A DNA stretch of 63,950 nt, the filler included, from Lenisia limosa (taxonomy: Eukaryota; Protista; Breviatea): assembly GCA_001655205.1 (NCBI GenBank). It is 14 parts of 14 records of this genome, joined end to end, with 100 filler letters (N's around TTAATTAATTAA, not from the genome) between each part and the next. Parts side by side here need not be neighbours in the genome. Positions count along the whole stretch, not along the records: positions 12,638 to 17,998 come from LPNZ01005134.1; positions 18,099 to 20,895 come from LPNZ01004438.1; positions 20,996 to 22,946 come from LPNZ01007733.1; positions 23,047 to 27,606 come from LPNZ01006612.1; 10 more parts are not named here. One strand, written 5' to 3'. This document shows positions 12,767 through 23,615 of the stretch, one piece after another; within the stretch, counting starts at the first letter, position 1; every line of letters begins with the position of its first letter. The translations under genes were made by a program, and so were the position numbers. The notes beneath the pieces were generated by a model. It saw only the letters and a list, made by a program, of their open reading frames with translations, ran no database searches and had not been told where the DNA came from.

Positions 12767-13832
12767 CCCGGCGCCGCCGATCCTCGAGCGTGACCATCAC
12801 CGAAAAAGGTCGCCTCATGGACCCCGTCACGTTCCCCCTGTCGCACCTCAAGAAGAAAGGCATCATCCTCCTTGCCGACGTTGAGAAGTCCGTGGCTTTT
12901 TATATATCATTTGCAAAACCATCTACCATATCATGTAAAATGTATTATTATTATTATATAGTATAGTATACATATATACATGTATATAGTAACCGGGATA
13001 AGTCTTGACCGATTTGCTATGATGTCCCAAGGAAAATAAATTGCGATATGCTATTCTTCAGTTTCAATTACCCGCGATAAGGAGCATTAGATTCTCAATG
13101 AGTATCGATATTGTTTACCTGCTTTCCGTTTACCCCCTCCCCCCAGGAAGAAGACAGATATTGTGTTTTCTGCCTCCTCTGCGAATATTATTAAGTGCCA
13201 GGTGGGGGGAACTTGTGGGTGTACGGCCTTTTCTCTGGTCCTTTACTTCCAAAACTCCCCGTTCGTTTTGCCTTAATATTTTATATAGAGCCTCTCTCCC
13301 TCTCTCTACCCTGTGATGTGATTTGTTTTCAGGTGTTCCACAAGGGATGCGAGGTTGTGACGCTGATTATGGGCTTCGACGAGCTCCTTGCAGCCAGAGA
13401 GAAGGAGGAGGTATGACTATGGTTCCCAACAGTCCCAATGAAGACTGAATATCTCCATAAATCCTCGATAAATATCGATATTTCAACGGTCTTTTTCGGA
13501 CCGTCGGGAGGTATGACATAGGGATTGGACTCAAAAGGCGATCGTAAGATCATATCATATATAAGTGGAACCAACTCATGAACATTCCTGTTTAAAAATA
13601 TCACACAAGATCTTTACATGGTTCTTAAGACCTTTAGGACTTTGTTCGCGGTCCTCTTCGATTCTCCCCGTCACTCCTTGTCGAAATGCTCAACTCCCTA
13701 CTCTCCAAGGTATTTGGCGTCGAGTTGTCTCCATTACTCTATTCAGCATCTCTTCTTATACGTGATGATGTGGATGGTTTCGGCCTAATACTCCTTTTTG
13801 ATTTGTCATTTCTACATCTGATATGCTATTAA
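12767..13832 (+). CDS. RasGAP/IQGAP-family C-terminal domain protein, 3' part (4 exons)
   Basis: Spliced DPVTFPLSHLKKKGIILLADVEKKKTDIVFSASSANIIKCQVFHKGCEVVTLIMGFDELLAAREKEEDFVRGPLRFSPSLLVEMLNSLLSK resembles the 'F+xxxLxKxG+I...L+ELL...+NxxLLxxLLN' C-terminus of IQGAP and fungal/amoebozoan RasGAPs. The exact stop is uncertain. Confidence 0.65.
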
Positions 13833-14044
13833 GCTGGGGTGGTAGCTCACCCGCTTCTGTCTTAATACTCGTTGTATATTTTGCCAACCTTTATGCTTGT
13901 TTCTGTTGAATAATCGTTTTTTTCTTCTTTTTTTTTTACCTCCTTCCTTTTCTAATCTCCCCAGAGTGCCAATAAGAAAAAGAAGTAGGGTGAGTGATGT
14001 GAGTTTTTTTTTGTTTCTCTTGATAGTTATGTTTGCTCTCTTAT

Positions 14045-14760
14045 TTATTTGGACAATATATGCCTGTTCCACGATAGTTGCTCCTCCTCTGTCCCGAAGA
14101 TCTGAAAATGCAATGATTACAAATAAGCTTCATAGGGTGGGGTAAATCCGAAATTCTGGTAAATCCTCGAGAAAACAGGGGCGACAGTACATACAAGAGA
14201 ACACCCAACGCAAAAAACGACAAGACGTTGCAACCAAATAAAGACGTCTTTGTCTTTCTATCAGTATCAGTGTTCTATCACCCAAACCCAAAATAACAGC
14301 AATTGTTACATTAGTTGCATGTTTTGATTTACTAACTTTTTGTTTTCATTCATTCTTCAGACAGATTAGTCAACCACCCTAGTCATCAACTCCACTCTAT
14401 CACCCATCACCTCACACAAATATCAATCAACCACCCCCCCCCCCAACTCAAACTTTACTGGAGAGCATCCGGTAGCCCTGGGTTATAACTCTAAACCCAG
14501 CGTTGCTCTTCATTGATTACTCAGGAGGAATCAAATTCAGTCTTTAAACAGAGCAAACTATAGTCATACTTTGACTTGCTTGACTTGCTTTACGTTAGGG
14601 GGTTGTAGAAAGTTATAACTTTCTACAGTGATGGATCCTATCAACATCTATACCACCTTGTTTCTCTTCTCTCCACATACCGAAAGAGGAGTACTTTCGG
14701 GAGTTCGGATATAATTGCAAATCCCTACGTTTACGTCACCCGTCATTTTCTAGTTTCCCG
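14045..14760 (-). CDS. Possible small multi-exon hypothetical gene
   Basis: Several GT-AG-bounded open segments on the minus strand (e.g. GSITVESYNFLQPPN and a terminal IFGTEEEQLSWNRHILSK*). No family recognised. Confidence 0.3.
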
Positions 14761-14920
14761 ATGAAGGTGATACTCGAGCTTGTTGTGTGTCTTTTTCTCT
14801 TGGTTTGTGGGGGGGTCTGCTTTCCCTGCAATTATGAAATTATTACATGAAGAAGAGATGATGCGAGGGAAGGGGAGAGGATAAAGGACGATTCAGCTAC
14901 TCTCGCAATACAGATCAATC

Positions 14921-14957
<37 letters not shown>

Positions 14958-14962
14958 TCTCT
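14921..14962. repeat. (CT)n microsatellite
   Basis: Direct reading of ctctctct... Confidence 0.95.
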
Positions 14963-15049
14963 TTTGATAATACACCTGATGCACATATGGTTACTACCTT
15001 TGGGTTGATCACTGTTGAAGTAGTCTTGGCAATGATATACATACATTTA

Positions 15050-15127
15050 CAGTGACCGGGATAAGTCCTGACCTCTTTTCCTTGGGAAATCACGTAGAAA
15101 ATCGGTCAAGACTTAAACTGGTCACTG
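15050..15127. mobile_element. Tc1/mariner-type hairpin MITE family B (~78 bp). Copies at about 12990-13030, 15797-15874, 19429-19495, 21535-21610, 26675-26738, 41259-41290, 42806-42868, 51767-51836 and 58622-58699
   Basis: CAGTGACCGGGATAAGTCTTGACCGATTT-[~20 nt]-AAATCGGTCAAGACTTATCCCGGTCACTG, a 29-bp TIR. Intact copies are flanked by TA on both sides (ta|CAGTG...CACTG|ta). Confidence 0.85.
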
Positions 15128-15253
15128 TAGTTTGCTTTCATTTACAACATCATTCATAATATTACACGCCAGAGTAATATACAATATTGTAATTACGTCT
15201 TACCACTCCACTTTACCCAAAACAAGGCTTTTTAAAACCGCATCATTCCTTAG

Positions 15254-17674
15254 AACACCTTCACAGTCGAAGGAGGTCGAATATGTGCTGAATTACCCGA
15301 GGCTAAACAGAGCACTCTATGCGGATCTGTCAAGGTGGGGGTAAACGAAGGGCTTTTTAATGAAGGTGTTATGGATGCTTGTTTTCCAATATAATTGCTT
15401 TATTTGGGGTTAAAGAAATCCCATTTACCCCACCTCCCACTCTCTTTTGTTTCCGATTCAACACAGTATTTCACCCGAAGCGACTGGCATGGGCTTTGTT
15501 TGTTTTNNNNNNNNNNNNNNNNNNNNNNNNNNNNNNNNNNNNNNNNNNNNNNNNNNNNNNNNNNNNNNNNNNNNNNNNNNNNNNNNNNNNNNNNNNNNNN
15601 NNNNNNNNNNNNNNNNNNNNNNNNNNNNNNNNNNNATTCAGAGACAGGATTAAGTGCAGCGATGCAACAGGTTGGTTAAATATGAGGCAAATGGGAATTG
15701 TTTGTTGGGGGTTTCATTCATAATCTGAGCTGAACTGTCATGTGATCAATTTTGTGCTTCCACATTTTATTGTACTACTAATATATGATACTACTACAGT
15801 GACCAGGAAAAGTCTTGACGGATTTTCCTTGGATAAGCACATAGCAAATCGGTCAAGACTTATCCCAGTTACTGTATATCATGATATGTCAGCTAAACTT
15901 ATCAAATAGATTGTACTATTTGAAATGATATTTTCTCTGTCCCCAGGTCTTACTATACAGTGGTCTTCAGGATTCGGGGATGCAAGCTTGGACCAGTGTC
16001 TACAGGAGGTTTGGGATTTTTTGGGAAATCTTTACTAATAGAAAATAATAATACCTTTATTTCGTGATAGTTTGTATATCATTTTTTGAACAACAAGAAC
16101 AAGTATACATTCATTGCATCACCAAGAACAACGAAATGCATGGTATCATTTGTTCAAAACATAAGGAAGTGGATGGCTTGGACCAGATACTTAATTTTTG
16201 ATTATTTATACTGACCACAATAAGTCCTGACACGATTTGCTAAAAATAAAGTTCAATATCATATCTATGTCAGGACTTCACGGTCGGTCGTTATAAACTA
16301 TATAAACATGATAGTGTTGACAGCTTCAACCAGGTTCCTTATTAATCATATCCTAAATATGCTATCCTTTGGTTTTTATACCCTTCCCCATTCCCCAGGC
16401 TTCAAAATGCAACCTTTTGACCGACAATAAGTTGAACAGTATCTGTACACAGCGCTGCCTCTTCACCTGCGACGCTACTAAGCAAAGTGTTTGCTGGGAG
16501 AGAGAAGATAGTGTTTGCTGGGAGAGAGCAAATAGTGTTAGACATATTACTTGTCGGATCATTGTCACATGTGAACCAACTGTCTTTTTCTACGCTGTGG
16601 TATGATATCATTCTCATGGTAGTTGACTCAATCGACTCGAAAGTCTGGCATAAATCCATCTGAACAATGGAGATTAAAGTGACAACTTCTTTAATGTTGT
16701 GATCTTGAAGAGAGCCATAAAACAACATTAACAAACTTAAGTGATGGAGGATACATATCGCTGCAACCCCCCCCCCCNNNNNNNNNNNNNNNNNNNNNNN
16801 NNNNNNNNNNNNNNNNNNNNNNNNNNNNNNNNNNNNNNNNNNNNNNNNNNNNNNNNNNNTTAACCAAATGTATTACCCCTCCTGTTTTTATTTCGTAAAT
16901 TTTCCATATTCACTCCCCCCGCGCAGTCATGTCTGGAAGAATGCCTGACAAATTACAAAGAAACAGTGTGCCCAACTTGTCCGGATGAGGTGGACGAAAA
17001 GAGCTACTGCTTAGCTGTGGGAGGGGGGTACTGTTTTGGCGGACTTTGTCTGTTCCCATTACTATCTTGAATAAAGAACTGTAAGGTAAATGATTGGGTG
17101 AATTAATATTATTCTATAATCCAATATCTCTGATAAGCGTAATACATTCACAACATTTCTGATTATTTAGGTAATAAAAGAAGCGAAAGCTGGCGGCTTA
17201 GCTTGTGATGATGGTGGGGGGGGGGGGGNNNNNNNNNNNNNNNNNNNNNNNNNNNNNNNNNNNNNNNNNNNNNNNNNNNNNNNNNNNNNNNNNNNNNNNN
17301 NNNNNNNNNNNNNNNNNNNNNNNNNNNNNNNNNNNNNNNNNNATTTTTTGTGTCATACATTTTCCAATTACTCCTAAACATAAACAATCCCCCTTCACCA
17401 TTCACCCATCACGTACGCTGGAGTGATGGAATGTGGTGCTGCAGAAGTGACTGACCTGGGCTTTGTTTGTTTTGTTCTCAACGTTCGTGTGTTATCAGCC
17501 AACAGAGTTGATTTGGGTTTTTGGTTTCATAAATTTCCATTTTTACTCATCCCAGACTCCGACTGTAACCTTCTGCCCTGCTACAAGTGCTCGGAATACT
17601 GCATGGAAACCAGGACATGTTACGATCTCACTGCTCGCGGCTTGATGGAACAAGATGTGAGGGCGAGTATTGAG
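15254..17674 (+). CDS. Cysteine-rich, probably extracellular hypothetical protein, partial (7 or more exons)
   Basis: Exons: NTFTVEGGRICAELPEAKQSTLCGSVK, GLTIQWSSGFGDASLDQCLQE, ASKCNLLTDNKLNSICTQRCLFTCDATKQ, SCLEECLTNYKETVCPTCPDEVDEKSYCLA and DSDCNLLPCYKCSEYCMETRTCYDL. Splice sites are canonical. Confidence 0.7.
17423..17555 (+). repeat. Interspersed intronic repeat family C (no TIR or TSD seen). Copies at about 8258-8570, 15474-15506, 20520-20600(-), 20614-20760(-), 27935-27990(-), 29660-29750, 30000-30175(-), 35110-35211, 40955-40986, 42220-42372, 49892-49960 and 53870-53910
   Basis: Shared consensus GATGGGATGCGGTGCTGCAGAAGCGACTGGCATGGGCTTTGTTTGTTTT...AACCC.TGTGTGTTGTCAGCCAACAGAGTTGATTTGGGCTTTTT...TTCATAAATTTCCA-TTTTAC followed by a C-rich tract. 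Confidence 0.85.
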
Positions 17675-18103
17675 GTACATATAACAGGTTGAGGTAACCC
17701 AGCGTTTCATAAAGATCTTTAATGCATTTCTCAAAATCATTTATGCTAAATATTAATAAATTAAACGATATTATTCTAATAAGCCAAAAAACATCACCTT
17801 TAACGTGCTCCCATATTGGTCCTCTTGAACCTTAATGCCAATATTCTTCATCTGGTACACATATAAACTCCCCTCAACAGAGTCTCTTGTGGCTTTTTTT
17901 ATTTTATCTATTGTCCAATTTATCCCGCTCGCGCGTGCGTGTTGCTTGCTCGTGTTTGTTATTGTTTTTTGTTTGTTTGGAGTTTCAGATTACGGTTCNN
18001 NNNNNNNNNNNNNNNNNNNNNNNNNNNNNNNNNNNNNNNNNNTTAATTAATTAANNNNNNNNNNNNNNNNNNNNNNNNNNNNNNNNNNNNNNNNNNNNCA
18101 AAC

Positions 18104-20896
18104 CTGTCCTTTCTTGACAATTTCGGGGTCCAGGGCTTCTGAGGGGATTTTGGCCAAATAGTGCGAACCCAGCACAATCAGAAAGTTGTCTATTTCTTCC
18201 AAATCCTTCAGTGGGTGAGAAATTTGGAAATTTACGAAACAAAAAAAAAATCCTAAAGAGAGGGGGTGAGGTGAGGTGAGAAGACAGAGTGATGGAATGA
18301 CCTTATCAGATGAAATATGCATTGTATATGATATAACAATCAGAAATAAAAACAAGGTTGTACCTGGCCAAAGTCGTCCACACCATCACGCTTACAAGAT
18401 ATATTGAATTATAATATCATAAAGATATGAGAAATAAAAACAAGGATGTGGGATGACGTGCAGTCAAATCAATCAGATTTCCGTTATTTGGCCCAACAAG
18501 AAGTTTGCCAAGATCGATAAAAGCTAGACCCTAAAACACTCATACCTTCAGAGCAACGTCGTATACAATAGGGACTCCACGAGAGTCGATTACTCTAGAA
18601 ATGTCAGAAAAGGTAAGGCAATAATGAATCATGGCATCAAAAAAGATAATGACAACATAGGGCTCATCTAAAAAGGAGGTGGCAGCGTCTGTAGTTAAAA
18701 AAATAAAAATGATAAAAGTGGTATTTTTATGAACAAAATTAAAAAATAAAAGGATTTGGAAAAAAACCACTGCCAACCTCACTGCACCGTTTTCATCAAT
18801 TTCCCAGTCATCTTCCCATGGAATCATGGAATTCTAAATTGTCAGAAAGAAACTGTTTTTTAAGGGGGGCAGTGCCTTCTGATATAATACTTTAAAGCAG
18901 GGTGCCAATTCAGAAAATTGTCACGAATACCGAACAAATAGTTTCGTCATCGTTTTACTACTTTATCAAAAAACGTTATGCTCTTTCAAGAACAGTTTTC
19001 ACAAGGGCTTCGCTCCGTTAGGAAAAAGACCGGCAACATATCTATATTTATCGAGGATTTATCGGGAAATTCAGTCTTTATTAAACAAAAGTGAAGCCCT
19101 AGTTTCCACATTACCAGCCAACCTTAACATCACCCACTGAAGGGTTTTGGCGGACTGACTGAGGAATTCTAAAACGTCAAGTTGGAACAACATCTATCTT
19201 AGTTGGTACTTTTGGATAAAACACAACAAATATTATTCGATATTCAAATAAAACGTCAACAACAACAGCAACGAAACGTGGTTGAAACAACAGCTTAACT
19301 GGGTACTTTTGGATACCCATAATAACGGATTTTCTGTGGAATAGAATAGAACTGTTTCACTGAGCAGTATTCACACATATTATACATATAGTACATATAT
19401 ATGTATTATATATGTATATATGTATATACAGTGAGAGAGATAAGTCTTGACCGATTTGATATGTGCTTTCCCAAGAAAACTGAGCCTAGTCCCTGTATAT
19501 AGCTACGTTTGTCTGTTGAGTAAAACGCGGCAATCCACATACTCGTCATCATTTATGAGAGTAGTTTTCGGCAGGTTAAGGCCCGAATCCAAAACTGACG
19601 ACCCCGTTTCGGCAAACAACACCGCCTAGACGGTGAATGAAAATCGAGGGGAAAAATGGGGGGGGGGGGGANNNNNNNNNNNNNNNNNNNNNNNNNNNNN
19701 NNNNNNNNNNNNNNNNNNNNNNNNNNNNNNNNNNNNNNNNNNNNNNNNNNNNNNNNNNNNNNNNNNNNNNNNNNNNNNNNNNNNNNNNNNNNNNNNNNNN
19801 NNNNNNNNNNNNNNNNNNNNNNNNNNNNNNNNNNNNNNAGCACATGGGTGCATCTGCTATTCTGTAGGGAAAATACTGTAATATTCTATACTATGTATAT
19901 AATTTTATAGATATAGCTATATATACATATATGATATAAAAATAGTGCTATATGTATATATATTACATGTATGTGTGTATATACTCCTCACTTCAAAAGC
20001 AAGCTTCCTCTGTACGGCTCGGAAGAAGTTCAAGCAGCTCAAGACGCGATGTCTGAATTCGCGTCCGCGCAAGTGGCGTAGGTAATACAGCGCCGTCAGT
20101 TTGTGGAGTGGAAGGTCGTGGGGCTGGATGGGGTTAAAAAAAAAANNNNNNNNNNNNNNNNNNNNNNNNNNNNNNNNNNNNNNNNNNNNNNNNNNNNNNN
20201 NNNATTGATAATTTAAATCATTTGGGTTTCCCTCGGGTCCGAAAAAGACAGTGAAATATCGACATATATCGAAGATTTATCAAGAATTTCAGTCTCTTTT
20301 TGGGACCGTAGGAAAGCACAAACTATAATATCAAAGATATCCACATGTGACTAAGAAGAAATACAAATAAACCGTGTTCCCGACATACCCCTGGCGGCGT
20401 AGATTCATTGACCTTTTTAGCTAAAAAGATGAATATCAAACAAAATGTAAGGTACAATTTGATGTGAATTGAGTGAAGGGTTGGGGTAAAGCGAAGGAAA
20501 CTTGGATGAATAACAAAGGGAGTAAACTTTTTAAAAAAATTATAAAAAAAAGCCCGAATCAACTCTATTGGCGAGGGTTGAGAACAAAAAAACAAATCAA
20601 ACACCGATCCCTTCTGACAGAGGGGGAATAAAATAAAAAATTTTATAAAACAAAAAAGCCGAAAATCAAATCTGTTGGCTGACAACAAACAAGGGTTGAT
20701 AACAACAACACAAACAAAGCCCAGGCCACTCGCTCCTGCAGCACCACATCCCATCAGGGGGGAACGTCCCACGGAAACTCGCCTACGAGGAGGGGGAAGG
20801 CCGCGTGCACGATAAATATGCGAGGCAGCCAGGTCAGTAAGTCGGGTCGCAGCGTAACGCGGGTCGTCAACAGGCAGAAATCCGGCTTCGACAACN
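18104..20896 (-). CDS. CCDC162: CCDC162/DUF4549-like protein, internal part (about 9 exons)
   Basis: LYYLRHLRGREFRHRVLSCLNFFRAVQRKLAFE and DDWEIDENGAVRVIDSRGVPIVYDVALKDLEEIDNFLIVLGSHYL match my recollection of the DUF4549 segments 'LRHLRxRE...LSxLNYFRSVERTL' and 'VHVxDxRGxxIIYDxAxxDLxELExELLLVASHYI'. Confidence 0.65.
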
Positions 20897-21008
20897 NNNN
20901 NNNNNNNNNNNNNNNNNNNNNNNNNNNNNNNNNNNNNNNTTAATTAATTAANNNNNNNNNNNNNNNNNNNNNNNNNNNNNNNNNNNNNNNNNNNNCCCCC
21001 CCCCCCAC

Positions 21009-23339
21009 CTCAGCGGACTGCTCGCGTTTGACCTCATCGAGGGTCTTGGGGCCCTTGTTCTGACCCATGACGCGGGTGGAGGTCCAGTTGTTGTCGCGAA
21101 GCTCAACAAGATCCTGAGTGGAAATTATTTAAACAATAAAAGAAAACTGTGGAGTGAGAAGGGGAATTGCGAATGGGGGTAGAGCAGGGAACAAGAAGGC
21201 ACTTGGTTTTCACTTCGGTTCGAAAAAAAGACTGAATTTCTCGATAAATCCTCGAAACTATCGATATTTGAACCGAAGTGAAGCCGAAGGCATCAACCAG
21301 TCCGCGTACCTCGCACATGAACCTGATACGGGAAGATATCTCCATGTTGCCGATGAAGGAGGTGATGGCCTCGAAGGAGCTGCTGATGGAGTCCTTGTTC
21401 TGACCCTTGCTGATTTTGTCACCGCAGGTTGTCAGGAGCTTGCAGAAGGCTGGCGAGGTCAAATAGGCAGATATGAAGAATGGAAATAGGTTCGCATCAT
21501 CTCGCTAAGGTCAATTCTGTTTGGTATCCATATTCAGACCGGGATAAGTCTTGACCGATTTTCCTTGGGAAATCACACAGCAAATCGGTCAAGACTTATC
21601 CCGGTCACTGATCTGTCTTTATTCGTTTCTCAAGATTGTATTTACTGTAGTTTTTTCTTGTTCTCAATAAGTAGAGATGATGAAGACAAAAGGTTGTCTC
21701 TGACCGAAGTCGTCCACAACATCTTAGGAAGGACAAAACAAGAACGGTCGAGCCACCAGGTTAAGCTGTCGAATAAAAGAGCACACCCCCCACCCTCAAT
21801 GAAGCCCTCGTCAGGGGGAGTGCCAATGGTGTCGAGGATGAAGGTCACGCAGAAGTTCATGATGCGATCGGGGATGATAGCCAGGAGGTAGAGCTCGGCA
21901 ATGAAGCGAACGTTACCTGTGCATCAGAGAAAGGNNNNNNNNNNNNNNNNNNNNNNNNNNNNNNNNNNNNNNNNNNNNNNNNNNNNNNNNNNNNNNNNNN
22001 NNNNNNNNNNNNNNNNNNNNNNCCCCCCCCCCTCTCTCATTTAGCCTCTCTTTATAGCCCCATTTACCCATTTTGAGTCTCTTGATGAGAGTGAGGTGCT
22101 CGTTGCGCTTGATTTCGTCCATTTCGTCAAGGCCCTGAAACGTGAGAAAAAGCGGAACAATGATAGCTGTAAACTTGCTCTTCCAAGCTGAAATGGGAAG
22201 GGTCTGGATGAGTCTTTTACGCATAGTCCCTCCTCTCAACACCATTCACTTAGTTCAAAGAGCAACTGACTGAAAACCCCCCTCACTTCAACAGGCTTCT
22301 CGAATTCCTCAAACTGCTTCTGGCACTTGTTGAGGATGGAGCGACGGAAGGGAGACTTACCCTCGGAGTTCTGAAGGGTTATTGGTAGGTCCAAAAAAAA
22401 AAAAAAAGNNNNNNNNNNNNNNNNNNNNNNNNNNNNNNNNNNNNNNNNNNNNNNNNNNNNNNNNNNNNNNNNNNNNNNNNNNNNNNNNNNNNNNNNNNNN
22501 NNNNNNNNNNNNNNNNNNNNNNCGCCACGCCACGCCAACCATGATAGTGGCGTGGGAAAGCTTCAGACACAGTTTGGCGTACATGGGCGAGAAGTTGGGC
22601 TCGGAGAGAGCTAAAAGTATCAGCTTCTTGTTACAGAGGATATCTAGCTAGGGCTTCACTTTGGTTCGAATAAAGACTTTTCTCGATAAATCCTCGAAAA
22701 CTATCGATATTCTAACGGTCTTTTTTGGAACAAAGAATCCATGATATCCGATAATGTCATCAGTAAAATGGACTGAGAAGAATGTAGCAAGAGAATCCCC
22801 CCCCCCTCCCCCAGCAAAAGCTATTATTAGTAAAATGAGCTGAAAATCAAAATGCTCCCCACCCCACCCTTGTCGAAGATGAGAGTAATGAGGTTGTCAA
22901 GGTAGTCACCGTTGTCGACGAAGATGGAGCGGATCTCGTCACCAATNNNNNNNNNNNNNNNNNNNNNNNNNNNNNNNNNNNNNNNNNNNNTTAATTAATT
23001 AANNNNNNNNNNNNNNNNNNNNNNNNNNNNNNNNNNNNNNNNNNNNGCGCCGGTTAAACCAGCCGCGTTCAGCTCCGACCATTTCACCTCCTCAATCGTC
23101 TTCTTCATATTGTTCTAAAAAGGGGTAAATGATGATCTGTAGAGGAGCTTGGGGGATACAATTGGACAATTATATGAAACAAAAAAAGTCACACCGCTGT
23201 ATGTTACACTTAGCAACCCACTAGTTGAGATAGCAAAAACAACGAAAACACTAGCGTTGTTTCGAATTAGTTAAGAATCCCTTCATACCTGAGAGACGAA
23301 TTTCGACTCGAAGTTCAGAAGAGAGGGCTTCTTGTAGGG
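21009..23339 (-). CDS. EIF4G: Translation initiation factor eIF4G: eIF4E-binding motif and MIF4G domain; C-terminus missing
   Basis: MIF4G exons: LIFDKALSEPNFSPMYAKLC, FRRSILNKCQKQFEE, GNVRFIAELYLL and SSRIRFMCEDLVELRDNNW...KGPKTLDEV. An upstream exon across the 22991 linker reads PYKKPSLLNF, fitting the YxxxxLphi eIF4E-binding motif. Confidence 0.9.
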
Positions 23340-23615
23340 CTAAAATGTGACACCAATAACACACACACATCATAATGGTGTATTTTTTGAGGTTAAAAAG
23401 TCTGGGTGGTTAACCTCCAAAATGGTACTGATAACTCCCCGATAACTCCCCGCCAGAGATATCCGGCTCCTTTGAAGAAAATCACAGTCTAACAGTTTTA
23501 TATACAGTATAGCAATGAGAAATAAAAATAAGGTGTCTGGACAAAGCCGTGTTACTAATGGTATTGTTTATTGTGACATGAAATAAAAAGCATTTAGAGA
23601 GCAGCTAGACTATTT

